Positions 1 to 13,300 of a stretch of 64,000 nucleotides of DNA are shown here, in pieces. The DNA comes from Haliotis rufescens (lineage: Eukaryota), in the NCBI RefSeq assembly GCF_023055435.1, contig NW_025963913.1, forward strand, positions 13,144,001-13,208,000. Direction: 5' to 3'. How positions within the stretch are numbered: the first letter of the stretch is position 1; every line of letters starts with the position of its first letter. The position numbers were made by a program, and so were the translations under genes. The notes under the pieces are model-generated. The model was not told the origin of the DNA, did not search any database, and was given only the letters and a program-made list of their open reading frames with translations.

Positions 1-263
1 CACACTGGCTTGCCTGGCCCAGACATACATAGACCACCGCCTCATGCACACACTGGCTTGCCTGGCCCAGACATACATAGACCACCACCTCATGCACACA
101 CTGGCTTGCCTGGCCCAGACATACATAGACCACCACCTCATGCACACACTGGCTTGCCTGGCCCAGACATACATAGACCACCCCAACATGCACACACTGG
201 CTTGCCTGGCCCAGACATATATATAGACCACCGCCACGTGCACACACTGGCTTGCCTGGCCCA

Positions 264-324
<61 letters not shown>

Positions 325-342
325 CACCCCAACATGCACACA
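1..342. repeat. 48-bp minisatellite with an (AT)n expansion in the last unit; runs off the window start
   Basis: Unit cacactggcttgcctggcccagacatacatagaccaccacctcatgca, about 6 copies visible. Confidence 0.95.
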
Positions 343-2769
343 CTTGTTTACGTTTCGGCTGACGGGCGAGGTTGCTAATATTTTAGTCAGCTGGTCTTAC
401 AACGATACTGACGGTTTTAGTCTGCATACTTCATACCTTCATCATATTGTCTGCCTGGTATTGTTTACTTATCTTAATCCTGGTGTACTGGTGTCAAGTA
501 TCCACACTGATATATACCTGGTACTGTGTTTTGTGACATCTAGTTATTAAGACTGTAAGCTGTCGTGTACTGGAAGCCGAGTTTTGGGTTAAAGTCTTAT
601 ATGCGTGCGGAAGAGACTACGCGAACAGCTGTTACAACACAGACATCAATTCAGTCTGCAGGATACTTGTATTTCAGGCTTATTTGCAGCACCAAGGACA
701 TACTAAATACATGTGGACTTTAGGTTTACAACATGAGTGCTGACTATTAATTGGTTGTTAAGCAATTTCTACAACTATAAAAATCAACTAGAAATGTACC
801 AATTATTTATTTTTTTGTCGTGGTATGGACGTGCTTTCCACTTACACAGGAGTGATCTGATGTATAGCATTTACTTCCATTCTCCACTAAGTGGTGCCAA
901 TTTCTTGTGCGATGTATTTTACAATCAATGTCGTTCAGTATTCAACTCTGCAGGACATCACAGGTATTCTAGGTGAAAACATGTATGTAAAAGTGAACGA
1001 AGAATGCAAATTAAAATCTTATTTACAACTCTGAAGGTTTATGAAAGGTATTGAAAGATTTCTACAAATAGTTTTGCAAGTGAGTATTGCGACAATACCG
1101 CTAAAACTCCCAAGCTGGTGTAAATACAGTGTTGCTACCTTAAATAATTAAAAGAAAGATAATTATGCACATGTGATTAGAGGTACGTACATTCTGACAT
1201 ATATGAACACACAATGCTCTCTGTAAATTCAGATGGGAGAAAAGCATTTTCAAAGTTCCAGCTTCTTTAGATTCGTGTCTTCCATTTTATTAACTGCAGG
1301 CCCTTCATGGGTCCTGCTCTAATCAGTGACTAATCTGCCCTTCATTACTTGAAACACACAACGCCCTATACGTTATGGATATAGTGTGTATTTCAAACAA
1401 TAATGGTGAAGTAATTTTCAATCTTATATTACGATTAGGAGCAATGTTTAGTTACTTGAACCATGTCACTAGCTCTCCCTGTAATTTCGCTGTATTTCCA
1501 TACGAGTTTTAGCCATAATCTGCAACAAAACAAAAAGTTGATAATGCCAAAGTAATTTTTTTCAAATCACATCATTTGGGTGGACGAAAGACGTTGGACA
1601 ATAAGACAATGACAGATCAAATTGACGTTGTTGTCATGCTATAAACACGACAGACGGGAACAGATACACATCCGTTACCAGTAAAAGCAGATACGTTATC
1701 ATCAAGTGTAGCGATGGGTGTCAGCTCTAAAACATAATCTAATCTGAAAGATGCTGTTTACAAAGTAAACAAAGATACTTCAAGATTTACACAAGTATGA
1801 AAAGTCTCCCTTTATTTCATTATTAAGAACGACATACACGTAACACAAAACACAGATACGTCACCTTTCACACTGATCCAGCAACACCGTCGTTTACCTT
1901 GTCATTCTGTACAAGCCCTGTTTGAACACAGATCTACTATGTAATCAATGCATACCCCAAGCATCCTGCTATATCATGGAGTTGGTCTCAGCCATATGAA
2001 ATTTTGTAGTAAATGTAAACTTACCTATTTTCAACTGAACTTGATGTCGACTTGTATTCTGACTTTGGAAATAGAAACGAAAATGTGGTCTTCCTTATTG
2101 TTTCGGTTAGTACTGTTCACTCACACGACGTTTTGACGCTCACTTCGCGGGAATAACCACCTTTTCACATTCGCAACCTCTGACTTCGACCTTATTAACC
2201 CGTGGCTCACATTCATGCAGCAGTATGTTAATAGTACGGAAACTTCCGAGGTTAACCGATGTCATATCCAAACTCATTGGTCTACCCGGGTCCCATCAGA
2301 GAAAATCGTTTGAAAAGCGACGTCCTAGTTTCTCTGGCCCTCGTTGGAGAAATATGTGGTAATGAAATTGGTCATCATTTGCCAACTGGTTATATACAAG
2401 TGTGGAATTGATGCCATCCATCATACTCCTGTCTGGAAGTTATCAGACAGACATCACGTGACCAGTAATCATCACTAACGACAATCACGGCGTTCCCGTG
2501 ATGAGTGATTTCATAACTATTACTGGTGTCGAAAGCAAAAATAGATCATCATGCCTTTTCAACCTCGATTAACCAGTGTATTACATATATCCCTTCGTTT
2601 ATGGTCATAATAGAATGGCGATACAATACACTGGATAATTGAAGATGATGCTAGATGTTAAAAAATCCGAAATATATCAATGGTCAGGTAGGTACATGCA
2701 ATGCGGTATGTACATCCACACAGTGGGCAATGCCGAGAAATAAACCCAGTATCTCATGCTTTTAGTAGT

Positions 2770-3030
2770 TGATTGGTTTGTTTTTTAACGCCGCACTCAG
2801 CAATATCCCAGCTATATGACGGCGGTCTGTAAATAATAGAGTCTGGACCAGACAATCCATTGATTAATATCATGAGCATCGATCCACACAATTGGGATCC
2901 AAGACACGCATCAACCAAGTCAGCGAGCCTGACCACCCGATCCCGTTAGTCGACTCTTAAGACAAGCATAGTCGCCTTTTACGGGAAGTATGGGTTGCTG
3001 AAGACATATTCTATCCCGGAGCTTCGCGGG
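2770..3030 (-). mobile_element. SINE-like retroposon family A copy
   Basis: Reverse complement of the family seen at 49931-50204, with (caaa)n tail. Confidence 0.85.
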
Positions 3031-4082
3031 GCGCTTGTAGCAAGGGCCGCCGAAAGAGGATCGGGTGGTCAGGCTCGGTGCCTTCACTGTTTCCTGGTCA
3101 TCGTTCCCTCGTAGCATTAGTCGTTTCAGTCACTGGTTTATCTAAACCCAGACTCGATACATTCCGCCATGCTAAGGATCTTGTAGTGCTTACTGTGGCA
3201 TTCACCCTCTTAGTGAAGTGTATGAATCACCACTTGATGCAGCAGCACATGTCATGGTGGTATTATTTGTTCCTTGCAAGGCACGTTTCTTGGATCACAG
3301 CGTGGCACCTGTAAAGTTGATGGAAGGGAGTCCATCCAGGGCCGTGTATTCTGTTGCACCTCTAGTGAGCCAGGATTAGTTGTCCGTGCCGCTGTTGTTG
3401 CACATCTCCCTCGTGTGGACACCAGCCTCTAATTATACTTTAGCACAGGGCCAGACTTCTCCTGGTCGTGGTCGGCATTAAGAATAGATGGGATGACGTA
3501 ATGTCTGGGATGATGTAATGTTTTGAGGGAACGTCAGTCACCGTGCCATCAGTTTCATGGATCCCAAAATGCTTTCAGTTACTTGAGCCATATTTATTTT
3601 TTCCAGGTCCAGCTAATGGAATTGTTTGCAAATATCGTATTTCCATGAGGGAGCAACCATTTGATATTCTGATTTCGGGGGAATTTTTTGTATTTTGAGA
3701 CTAGATTTTTTTTCGACAATTTACGGGGACAGTTAATTATTTTATAACCTGAACGCTTGCAACGGAAAAAAATCGGTTTTTAGAGATGTTTAAACTTTTA
3801 GATAGACAAATACCCAGTCTCATGAACATATTTTCCAGAAAAAAACCAGTTCTAAAATTATCTTCATGAGATAAGTAAAATGAGCCAGAAACTGCAAAAA
3901 ATCTGGACATGCCAATATTATAGACTTGCATGGGCTGTATTGGATACATCTGTTTCGGGGTCTTTAAGACTAACCTTAAGACTAAGGTTTCAAATTAACT
4001 TTAGTGCTGACGGCATTTTATACACAAATTGTGTATTTTGATAAATCAGAGAGCTTAAACCTGCAGATCGACTGTCGACAAT

Positions 4083-4213
4083 TACCGTGTTTCCTCAATT
4101 AAACACTAGAAAGTTTTTATACTCGGAATTCTCCCTATTGTTATCTTTGCGATTAAACGCCGGTGGTGTCTGAAAATAATACACTCCCGGGGTTTAATCG
4201 AGGAAATACGGTA
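4083..4213. mobile_element. ~130-bp MITE with TA termini
   Basis: Terminal inverted repeats taccgtgtttcctcaattaaac / gtttaatcgaggaaatacggta (20/22 match). Confidence 0.75.
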
Positions 4214-4685
4214 CACTACACACACTCATTGAGTTTTCTGGTATATGCACATAGGCTTGTAAAAATCGAAGTCCGTGAATGAAACCTGATCTGCTATGTT
4301 GTCTCGCAAATGGAACCTGCGGGTGGAATAAAATCCTAAATTATGATAGATTGAAAGATACCGCGATACATCAAAATTAATAAACTCTCATCGCTCGAAA
4401 GGCAGCATTACCCGATAGAAATCAATTTGTGCTCAGTGGAATGATTGTCTGGTAAACTCAGTTATTTTCGGTGGATATGTAATGATGACGGGAAGACTGC
4501 AAAAATGAGATAATTGTTCTGAAATCTCGGAAGTAATATAAAAGAGATGAGTAATCCTCCACAGATAGTTATGATCGGTCCTGCATGACGAATTCCATGT
4601 GTCAATGTATATCAACATGAAATGCGGTGACTGGAAAATATATCTGTTGCTTTACATTTATATTTTGTGAACGAAATAAATTCGT

Positions 4686-5613
4686 GTATATAGCTCCACA
4701 CAGGGTCAGTCAACCATGTACAGAACTTGAATAGTTCCACACAGGGTCAGTTAACCATGTACAGAACTTGCATAGCTCCACACAGAGTCAGTTAACCATG
4801 TACAGAGCTTGTATACACCCACACAGGGTCAGCCAACCATGTACCGAGCTTGTATACACCCACACTGGGTCAGTCAACCATGTACAGAACTTGCATAGTT
4901 CCACACAGAGTCAGTTAACCATGTAGAGAACTTGCATAGCTCCACACAGGGTCAGTTAACCATGTACAGAGCTTGTATACACCCACACAGGGTCAGCCAA
5001 CCATGTACAGAGCTTGTATACACCCACACAGGGTCAGCCAACCATGTACAGAGCTTGTATACACCCACACTGGGTCAGTCAACCATGTACAGAGCTTGTA
5101 TAGATCCACACAGGGTCAGTCAACCATGTACAGAGCTTGAATACGCCCACACAGGGTCAGCCAACCATGTACAGAGCTTGTATAGATCCACACTGGGTCA
5201 GTCAACCATGTACAGAGCTTGTATACACCCACACAGGGTCAGTCAACCATGTACAGAGCTTGTATAGATCCACACAGGGTCAGTCAACCATGTACCGAGC
5301 TTGTATACACCCACACAAGGTCAGTCAACCATGTACAGAGCTTGTATAGATCCACACTGGGTCAGTCAACCATGTACAGAGCTTGTATACACCCACACAG
5401 GGTCAGCCAACCATGTACAGAGCTTGTATAGATCCACACTGGGTCAGTCAACCATGTACCGAGCTTGTATACACCCACACTGGGTCAGTCAACCATGTAC
5501 AGAGCTTGTATACGCCCACACAGGGTCAGCCAACCATGTACAGAGCTTGTATAGATCCACACTGGGTCAGTCAACCATGTACAGACCTTACGTAGCTCCA
5601 CACAGGGTCAGTT
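4686..5613. repeat. 41-bp minisatellite (~22 copies)
   Basis: Unit cacacagggtcagtcaaccatgtacagagcttgtatacacc. Confidence 0.95.
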
Positions 5614-7173
5614 AAATGTGTACATAACTGATACAGTTGGTTAACAGACCCTGTGTAGAGCTATACAAGTTCTGTACTTGGTTACGGCCTGAACATCATG
5701 TGACGAGTCTGTCCCCCGGAATGTACTATGCACTGGGATCGCACAGACGCTTCAGCGCGTACATCACTGAGATGTTAGAGATGTGTTTCGCCCATTAATG
5801 AGATATTACCGCAATTGATGTATGTTCGAACGAACTGCGCGGCGTCAAACAAGACGCACTCCTGCTGATGACGCCACCACAGGCATGTAACTTTCTCACC
5901 CTCTCGCTTGGGTGCACAGGCGGTAACACCTCCCCCATCCGCAGCCCCCACCCCTCATTTCTGGGCTAAAATGGCTTCCCCGAGAACGATAAAACTAATT
6001 TTACGTACTTGTCACATCGACGTCTGCTGTGAAAACAGCGGACATTTCAGCAAGTTCGTGGCATGTTTATAGTTTTGTCTCGGAAATCTTCCAGCGCCAC
6101 GCTGTGTGTCGACGATTCGGACAGGGAACGAATGTTCATTTCGTCCCTACAATATTATAATGTTTCCCCTACTCTACATGTAAATAGAGTATGAAACAGT
6201 ATCAAATGTTCATGTTCCGGGTTGTTTTTCAACCACCCTGCTACTGCACGGTCTATCTTTGAAAGAGCGCTTTATCTCAATACACTTAACTACCCGTTCT
6301 TCATCCAACATCTCATCTTTCTTCCTATGTCACTGTCAGCATTCGTCGTATCACTATATCTATACTTTAGAAATAAAACTATTTACAAGTCTCCACGTGA
6401 CGACACGGTAATTAATTAAACCGAAATCTATCGGGCACAAACTTAAGTGCTTTATGAAGCCAAACACCAATATTTGAATGAAATGTAGCTATATGTTCCC
6501 GAATTAATTTATTTTAAATCGCCCTTCGTTTTAAGAGAATAACCCAGGTCATACAGCAAGTAAAACCACATGCATCATCCAATGTGACTGAAAAACGTGG
6601 TTATGAAAGACCATTTCCAGTAATTTGTGGCATTCTGTGGCCCCCTACTGATGTTGAATGCACACACTGATTAGTAGTTAATTACATAGCAATTATCTTC
6701 AAGTGGTGCAGTTAGTGACCTTGGTCCCGTTGTATTTGTTTGATTAACTTTGCTGATGTTTCGACAGATTGTTCACATACCGCCGGAATGCGTGTTGACT
6801 TGGGCGTGACGTTCTGAACATGGCGACAAGGGTAACCAAACCCTTTGCCAGCTTAGTCTAAATGAATAGAATCATCTCGTTGAATGTTTTACAAGGCGCT
6901 TTTTTATTTTTTTCATAAATGTATATGAAACGTTAGCACATGTCTGGTGATAAAGGATCAGCAGCATCATGGCTCGTACCCCGCTATTTGAAGTATTTCA
7001 CCCCCACCCTCATCGCTGTATAATTTTTTTAAAAGGCCCCAGGAATTCGGTGTACTTTGAACTTTATTCAGATATGAAACACATATCTGTGACTTAAACT
7101 TCTTTAGAGCACAAAACACGTGTGGTTACAATCAATTGTCTGCTAATCAACCCCATCTACTGTATGTTACTCC

Positions 7174-7356
7174 TTGTTTGTTGTTTGACGAGACGAGGTA
7201 AACCAGTGATTGATATAATGAGCATCGATCCACGTAATTGGGATACGATGACATCCATCAACCAAGTCGGCGAGCCTGGCCAACCGATCCCGCTAGTGGC
7301 CTCTTACGACAAGCATGGGTTGCTGAAGACCTTTTCTAACCCGGATCTTCACGGGT
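7174..7356 (-). mobile_element. SINE-like family A copy (internally deleted)
   Basis: Shares ccgatcccgctagtggcctcttacgacaagcatgggttgctgaagac...cttcacggg. Confidence 0.8.
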
Positions 7357-8189
7357 GTGTATATTATATTACTGGCGAAATTAGCCTTCAAGCCTACATT
7401 CCAAGGACAGTATTGCTATCTTCTGGTGACAAGGTAAAGGACGGGTTTGCCAAGGGGAGGTTTGTGGAGACACATGTTAATGGTCTGTGTGGGCTGGTTT
7501 CAATATTATGTACAGGTGTTATCCAATAGACTAAAATTAGTCTATGAAAACATTTCTTTAAATTAATTTTATTTTATTTTCAAAATAATCTTTCCTCTTC
7601 TGCTGTTTTCATGTTTTCTGATATGGACTCAGGGAACCTAGACTTGGTTTAGTTTGATCTAGACTTGCATATTTATTCCACAGTCATGGCTCAGGGCTAG
7701 TTTTCCAACAACGAGGTAGCATCTAAGTAACAGCCAAAATTCCATTTGAGGAAACCTGATATTGTGAGTGTTACTCACATCCACTGGTGCTGATGTGTAG
7801 ATTATTTCTTCACCAACCGTGTATGATTAAGTTATCATATGATGGACAATAAAATTACCTCAAAATAAAAACAGCTATATTTGTGACCTCTAGTCTAATA
7901 ACCGGATGTTCCCGAAACCCGCATGTCATATTTAAAGCAGACGATAGTTGGAAGCGATTGTGATTCCTCGACAACATGCTGAAACACGCGGTCAGTTATA
8001 CATCATGTCCTGTGTCTCTCTATGGCTGGAAGGTCATACATAGGGGGCGCTATTTATCAGGACCCGCCATAGGTTTACCTCAAATACCATAGTTGCTTTG
8101 ATTGCATGTACAACTAGGAGCCGTTAAGGGCAGAATAAAATGTGAAGTCGTATTGATAAGGGTGTCACCTCGAAGGTAGTCTGTCGCAC

Positions 8190-10092
8190 AGTCCCTGAAC
8201 CGTAGTATTTTCCCTTTTGCCCAGCTCTTACTGTGATGATATAGGCCTAAACAGAGACCATATACCGATTTATGGTCTCTGACCTAAAAATGAAGCAAGT
8301 CTAGATTTTCCTCACGTTCATGAATCTCCCATCTCACCGAGTCTCCTTTTCAATTTAAAGGGAGTTGTTTGTTTCTATCAAGCGTTAGTCTACCGAAGAG
8401 GTTCATTAGCCCTTGAATACAGTTAACAAAATACCCTTCATGTTGAAGAAGGCAGGGGACACGGAATGTTTTGGAAGGTGCTATGGGTTTTTAAAGTCGT
8501 TAATCTCGGTTTATGGTATTCGCCCATTTGCCAGATGTTTTCAACAGCTTGGATTTCACTCGGGTATCACTGCAGACATGCCTGAAGTCGCAGCGCATGC
8601 GCCGGTACATGTCTGGCGACTCCCAGCACTCTCAACACGTACGTGGCTTTTTTTGCTTTACCGGAAAATTATGCAAACGTGGCGAAACGCCACATCATGA
8701 CAGCAGACAGCACTTCGCATGTCTATATTCATATGTCTGATCTGATCGTCTGCTCAGGCTTGAAACAAAGGAGGAGAGGGATGAGGCGTGTCATCAAACA
8801 TTATTTCCGTTAATGTCTGAAGACTCTTGTGCTCATGCCGCAACTCCCTTATTTCTCAGAAATTGCAAAGCCTACTTGTCAGCCATTAGTGCTATTGTTA
8901 GTGGCAGACATTGACTTAGTAACACAATTCTCGCTGACAGTTGGAGATGTTTGGTGCCTAAACTCGGAAGAGGCAGCGAAAAACGCGCCATTAATTAGGG
9001 AATGGTTAAAACAGCAGTGAAAGCCGACTCAGGCAAATTAAAAGATGACAGGAGTATTTCACGGATCAGGATATCACGTATCAACTGGCAGATGTTGGCT
9101 TCTGTATGACTGACGTCTGAGTGCTTGAGAAGCAAGTCGAAATTCTTCGTGCACCTTACCTCATCCACATACATACTGCACAATTAACCCCAAGAACAAA
9201 CTCTTGTTCGAAATTCACAAAATCAATTCCAATTTATAAGAATATACATTTGATTAATTTGAATAATATATCTGTGATTGTATGATTGGAGTGTATTATT
9301 GATTGGCGCCAGGCCTTGAGAGTAGGTTATGCTGTGCTAGGCATGGGAGGAGGGATGTACCCACGTAGCTTCTCAATAAGTGTGGCGTACACTTGACTGG
9401 GGCATTTGCCAGGCCAGCGTCTAACTACAGCGGAGCGAGAGGGTCTATCTGATGTCTCTATCTGACTTATGTTTTGGACATACTGGAGTACTTATCCCTA
9501 AGAATCCACTGACGCCGAACACTTGTTGACCCCGCTGTCAGATTGAGATATATGGAACTATCTGCTTACTGAGGGTAAGTGCTGGTTCCTCTCTGTCACT
9601 ATGAGTTTCAGCGGCGTCATCTAGAGGAGCCGCTATGTAAGTACGTGCATGTACTATGTATGTCATCAGACTTAACCACTGTAGGACGCCTTGTGCGAAT
9701 GGGATTTTTAACATGAAAGGCTATTAAACACTGATATGTAAGTCACGCTTAAAATAGGTTATGAAACGCTAATCCGAGTCGGTAGACTAGTTAAACTTGG
9801 GGTTCCGAAGATCGATGCTGATGTTGGTACCGGCGGACTATAGACCATGTTGCTTGTGCCGTGTTGTCATCGTGTCAAGGAGTGGTGTATCATACAGAGT
9901 ATTTACACAGTGTAGGGTGTGCTGGTAGTCTTTATCACAGTCCCTCACCCATAGTATTTTCCTTTCCGCCCAGCCCTTTCGTTTTGTCATACAAAAGTCC
10001 AAATGAAGCAAGTCTAGTTTTTCCTCAATTTCAAATCTCCCATCTCACTGGGGCTCCTTACCAATTTAAATGGAGTTTTTTGTTTTTATCAA
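8190..10092 (+). repeat. Diverged dispersed repeat pair (8190-8381 and 9938-10092)
   Basis: Both share agtccct..cc.tagtattttcc, aaatgaagcaagtctag.ttttcctca, atctcccatctcac and caatttaaa.ggagtt. Confidence 0.75.
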
Positions 10093-10144
10093 AATTATAT
10101 GTTTGTGTCGTGTGTCAATATTAGTGTCCTACTGCGACTGGTTT

Positions 10145-10223
10145 AGCCCATTTCTTGTGCTATTTCTGGTGGAATATTGCTAAAAGAGGTGTAAAACCAC
10201 ACTCACTCATTCACTCACTCACC
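10145..10223 (+). mobile_element. 3' fragment of SINE family C
   Basis: cccatttct...ggaatattgctaaaagaggtgtaaaaccac(actc)n matches the tail of the 51963 copy. Confidence 0.65.
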
Positions 10224-10361
10224 CAATAGTGACTGACAGTGAAGGTCGCAGTAGGTTCCCCCAGCTCTGTTCTGTGTGCCCTACATGAGCACAGCTGGTG
10301 CATCTCAAGTCCATGATGTAACCTAGCTTTGTTTTATATCCGGTTCCCTCAATACTATGCG

Positions 10362-13300
10362 GTTGGTGTATTGTCGGCCCCGTCTGTCGGCTGTAGTTGG
10401 TGTATTGTCAGCCCCGTCTGTCAGCTGTAGTTGGTGTATTGTCAGCCCCGTCTGTCAGCTGTAGTTGGTGTATTGTCGACCACGTCTGTCAGCTGTAGTT
10501 GGTGTATTGTCGGCCCCGTCTGTCGCCTGTAGTTGGTGTATTGTCGGCCCCGTCTGTCAGCTGTAGTTGGTGTATTGTCAGCCCCGTCTGTCAGCTGTAG
10601 TTGGTGTATTGTCGGCCCCGTCTGTCAGCTGTAGTTGGTGTATTGTCGGCCCCGTCTGTCGCCTGTAGTTGGTGTATTGTCGGCCCCGTCTGTCAGCTGT
10701 AGTTGGTGTATTGTCAGCCCCGTCTGTCAGCTGTAGTTGGTGTATTGTCGGCCCCGTCTGTCAGCTGTAGTTGGTGTATTGTCGGTCCCGTCTGTCGCCT
10801 GTAGTTAGTGTATTGTCGACCACGTCTGTCAGCTATAGTTGGTGTATTGTCAGCCCCGTCTGTCAGCTGTAGTGGGTGTATTGTCAGCCCCGTCTGTAAG
10901 CTGTAGTTGGTGTATTGTCGGCCACGTCTGTCAGCTGTAGTTGGTGTATTGTCGGCCACGTCTGTCAGCTGTAGTTGGTGTATTGTCAGCCCCGTCTGTC
11001 AGCTGTAGTTGGTGTATTGTCGGCCCCGTCTGTCAGCTGTAGTTGGTGTATTGTCGGCCACGTCTGTCAGCTGTAGTTGGTGTATTGTCGGCCCCGTCTG
11101 TCAGCTGTAGTTGGTGTATTGTCAGCCCCGTCTGTCAGCTGTAGTGGGTGTATTGTCAGCCCCGTCTGTCAGCTGTAGTTGATGTATTTTCAGCCCCGTC
11201 TGTCGGCTGTAGTTGGTGTATTGTCGGCCCCGTCTGTCAGCTGTAGTTGGTGTATTGTCGGTCCCGTCTGTCGCCTGTAGTTAGTGTATTGTCGACCACG
11301 TCTGTCAGCTGTAGTTGGTGTATTGTCAGCCCCGTCTGTCAGCTGTAGTGGGTGTATTGTCAGCCCCGTCTGTCAGCTGTAGTTGGTGTATTGTCGGCCC
11401 CGTCTGTCGCCTGTAGTTAGTGTATTGTCGACCTCGTCTGTCAGCTGTAGTTGGTGTATTGTCGGCCCCGTCTGTCGCCTGTAGTTGGTGTATTGTCGGC
11501 CACGTCTGTCGCCTGTAGTTGGTGTATTGTCGGCCCCGTCTGTCAGCTGTAGTTGGTGTATTGTCAGCCCCGTCTGTCGGCTGTAGTTGGTGTATTGTCG
11601 GCCCCGTCTGTCGGCTGTAGTTGGTATATTGTCGGCCCCGTCTGTCAGCTGTAGTTGGTGTATTGTCGGCCGTGTCTGTCGGCTGTAGTTGGTGTATTGT
11701 CGGCCCCGTCTGTCGGCTGTAGTTGGTGTATATGTCGGCCCCGTCTGTCGCCTGTAGTTGGTGTATTGTCGGCCCCGTCTGTCGCCTGTAGTTGGTGTAT
11801 TGTCGGCCCCGTCTGTCGCCTGTATTTGGTATATGTCGGCCCCGTCTGTCGCCTGTAGTTGGTGTATTGTCAGCCCCGTCTGTCGGCTGTATTTGGTATA
11901 TGTCGACCCCGTCTGTGGGCTGTAGTTGGTGTATTGTCGGCCCCGTCTGTCGCCTGTAGTTGGTGTATTGTCGGCCCCGTCTGTCGCCTGTATTTGGTAT
12001 ATGTCGGCCCCGTCTGTCGGCTGTAGTTGGTGTATTGTCAGCCCCGTCTGTCAGCTGTAGTGGGTGTATTGTCAGCCCCGTCTGTCAGCTGTAGTTGATG
12101 TATTTTCAGCCCCGTCTGTCAGCTGTAGTTGGTGTATTGTCGGCCCCGTCTGTCAGCTGTAGTTGGTGTATTGTCGGTCCCGTCTGTCGCCTGTAGTTAG
12201 TGTATTGTCGACCACGTCTGTCAGCTGTAGCTGGTGTATTGTCAGCCCCGTCTGTCAGCTGTAGTGGGTGTATTGTCAGCCCCGTCTGTCGCCTGTAGTT
12301 AGTGTATTGTCGACCTCGTCTGTCAGCTGTAGTTGGTGTATTGTCGGCCCCGTCTGTCGCCTGTAGTTGGTGTATTGTCGGCCACGTCTGTCGCCTGTAG
12401 TTGGTGTATTGTCGGCCCCGTCTGTCAGCTGTAGTTGGTGTATTGTCAGCCCCGTCTGTCAGCTGTAGTTGGTGTATTGTCGGCCCCGTCTGTCGGCTGT
12501 AGTTGGTATATTGTCGGCCCCGTCTGTCAGCTGTAGTTGGTGTATTGTCGGCCGTGTCTGTCGGCTGTAGTTGGTGTATTGTCGGCCCCGTCTGTCGGCT
12601 GTAGTTGGTGTATATGTCGGCCCCGTCTGTCGCCTGTAGTTGGTGTATTGTCGGCCCCGTCTGTCGCCTGTAGTTGGTGTATTGTCGGCCCCGTCTGTCG
12701 CCTGTATTTGGTATATGTCGGCCCCGTCTGTCGCCTGTAGTTGGTGTATTGTCAGCCCCGTCTGTCGGCTGTATTTGGTATATGTCGACCCCGTCTGTGG
12801 GCTGTAGTTGGTGTATTGTCGGCCCCGTCTGTCGCCTGTAGTTGGTGTATTGTCGGCCCCGTCTGTCGCCTGTATTTGGTATATGTCGGCCCCGTCTGTC
12901 GGCTGTAGTTGGTGTATTGTCGACCACGTCTGTCGCCTGTAGTTGGTGTATTGTCGGCCACGTCTGTCAGCTGTAGTTGGTGTATTGTCGACCACGTCTG
13001 TCAGCTGTAGTTGATGTATTGTCGGCCCCGTCTGTCAGCTGTAGTTGGTGTATTAGCGGCCCCGTCTGTCGCCTGTATTTGGTATATGTCGGCCCCGTCT
13101 GTCGCCTGTAGTTAGTGTATTGTCGACCTCGTCTGTCAGCTGTAGTTGGTGTATTGTCGGCCCCGTCTGTCGCCTGTAGTTGGTGTATTGTCGGCCACGT
13201 CTGTCGCCTGTAGTTGGTGTATTGTCGGCCCCGTCTGTCAGCTGTAGTTGGTGTATTGTCGGCCCCGTCTGTCAGCTGTAGTTGGTGTATTGTCGGCCCC

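Noticed and set aside
3200-3500. Possible further Tc1 remnant on the minus strand (LEAGVHTRE)
   Set aside because: Only a few residues match; no TIRs or catalytic motif found.
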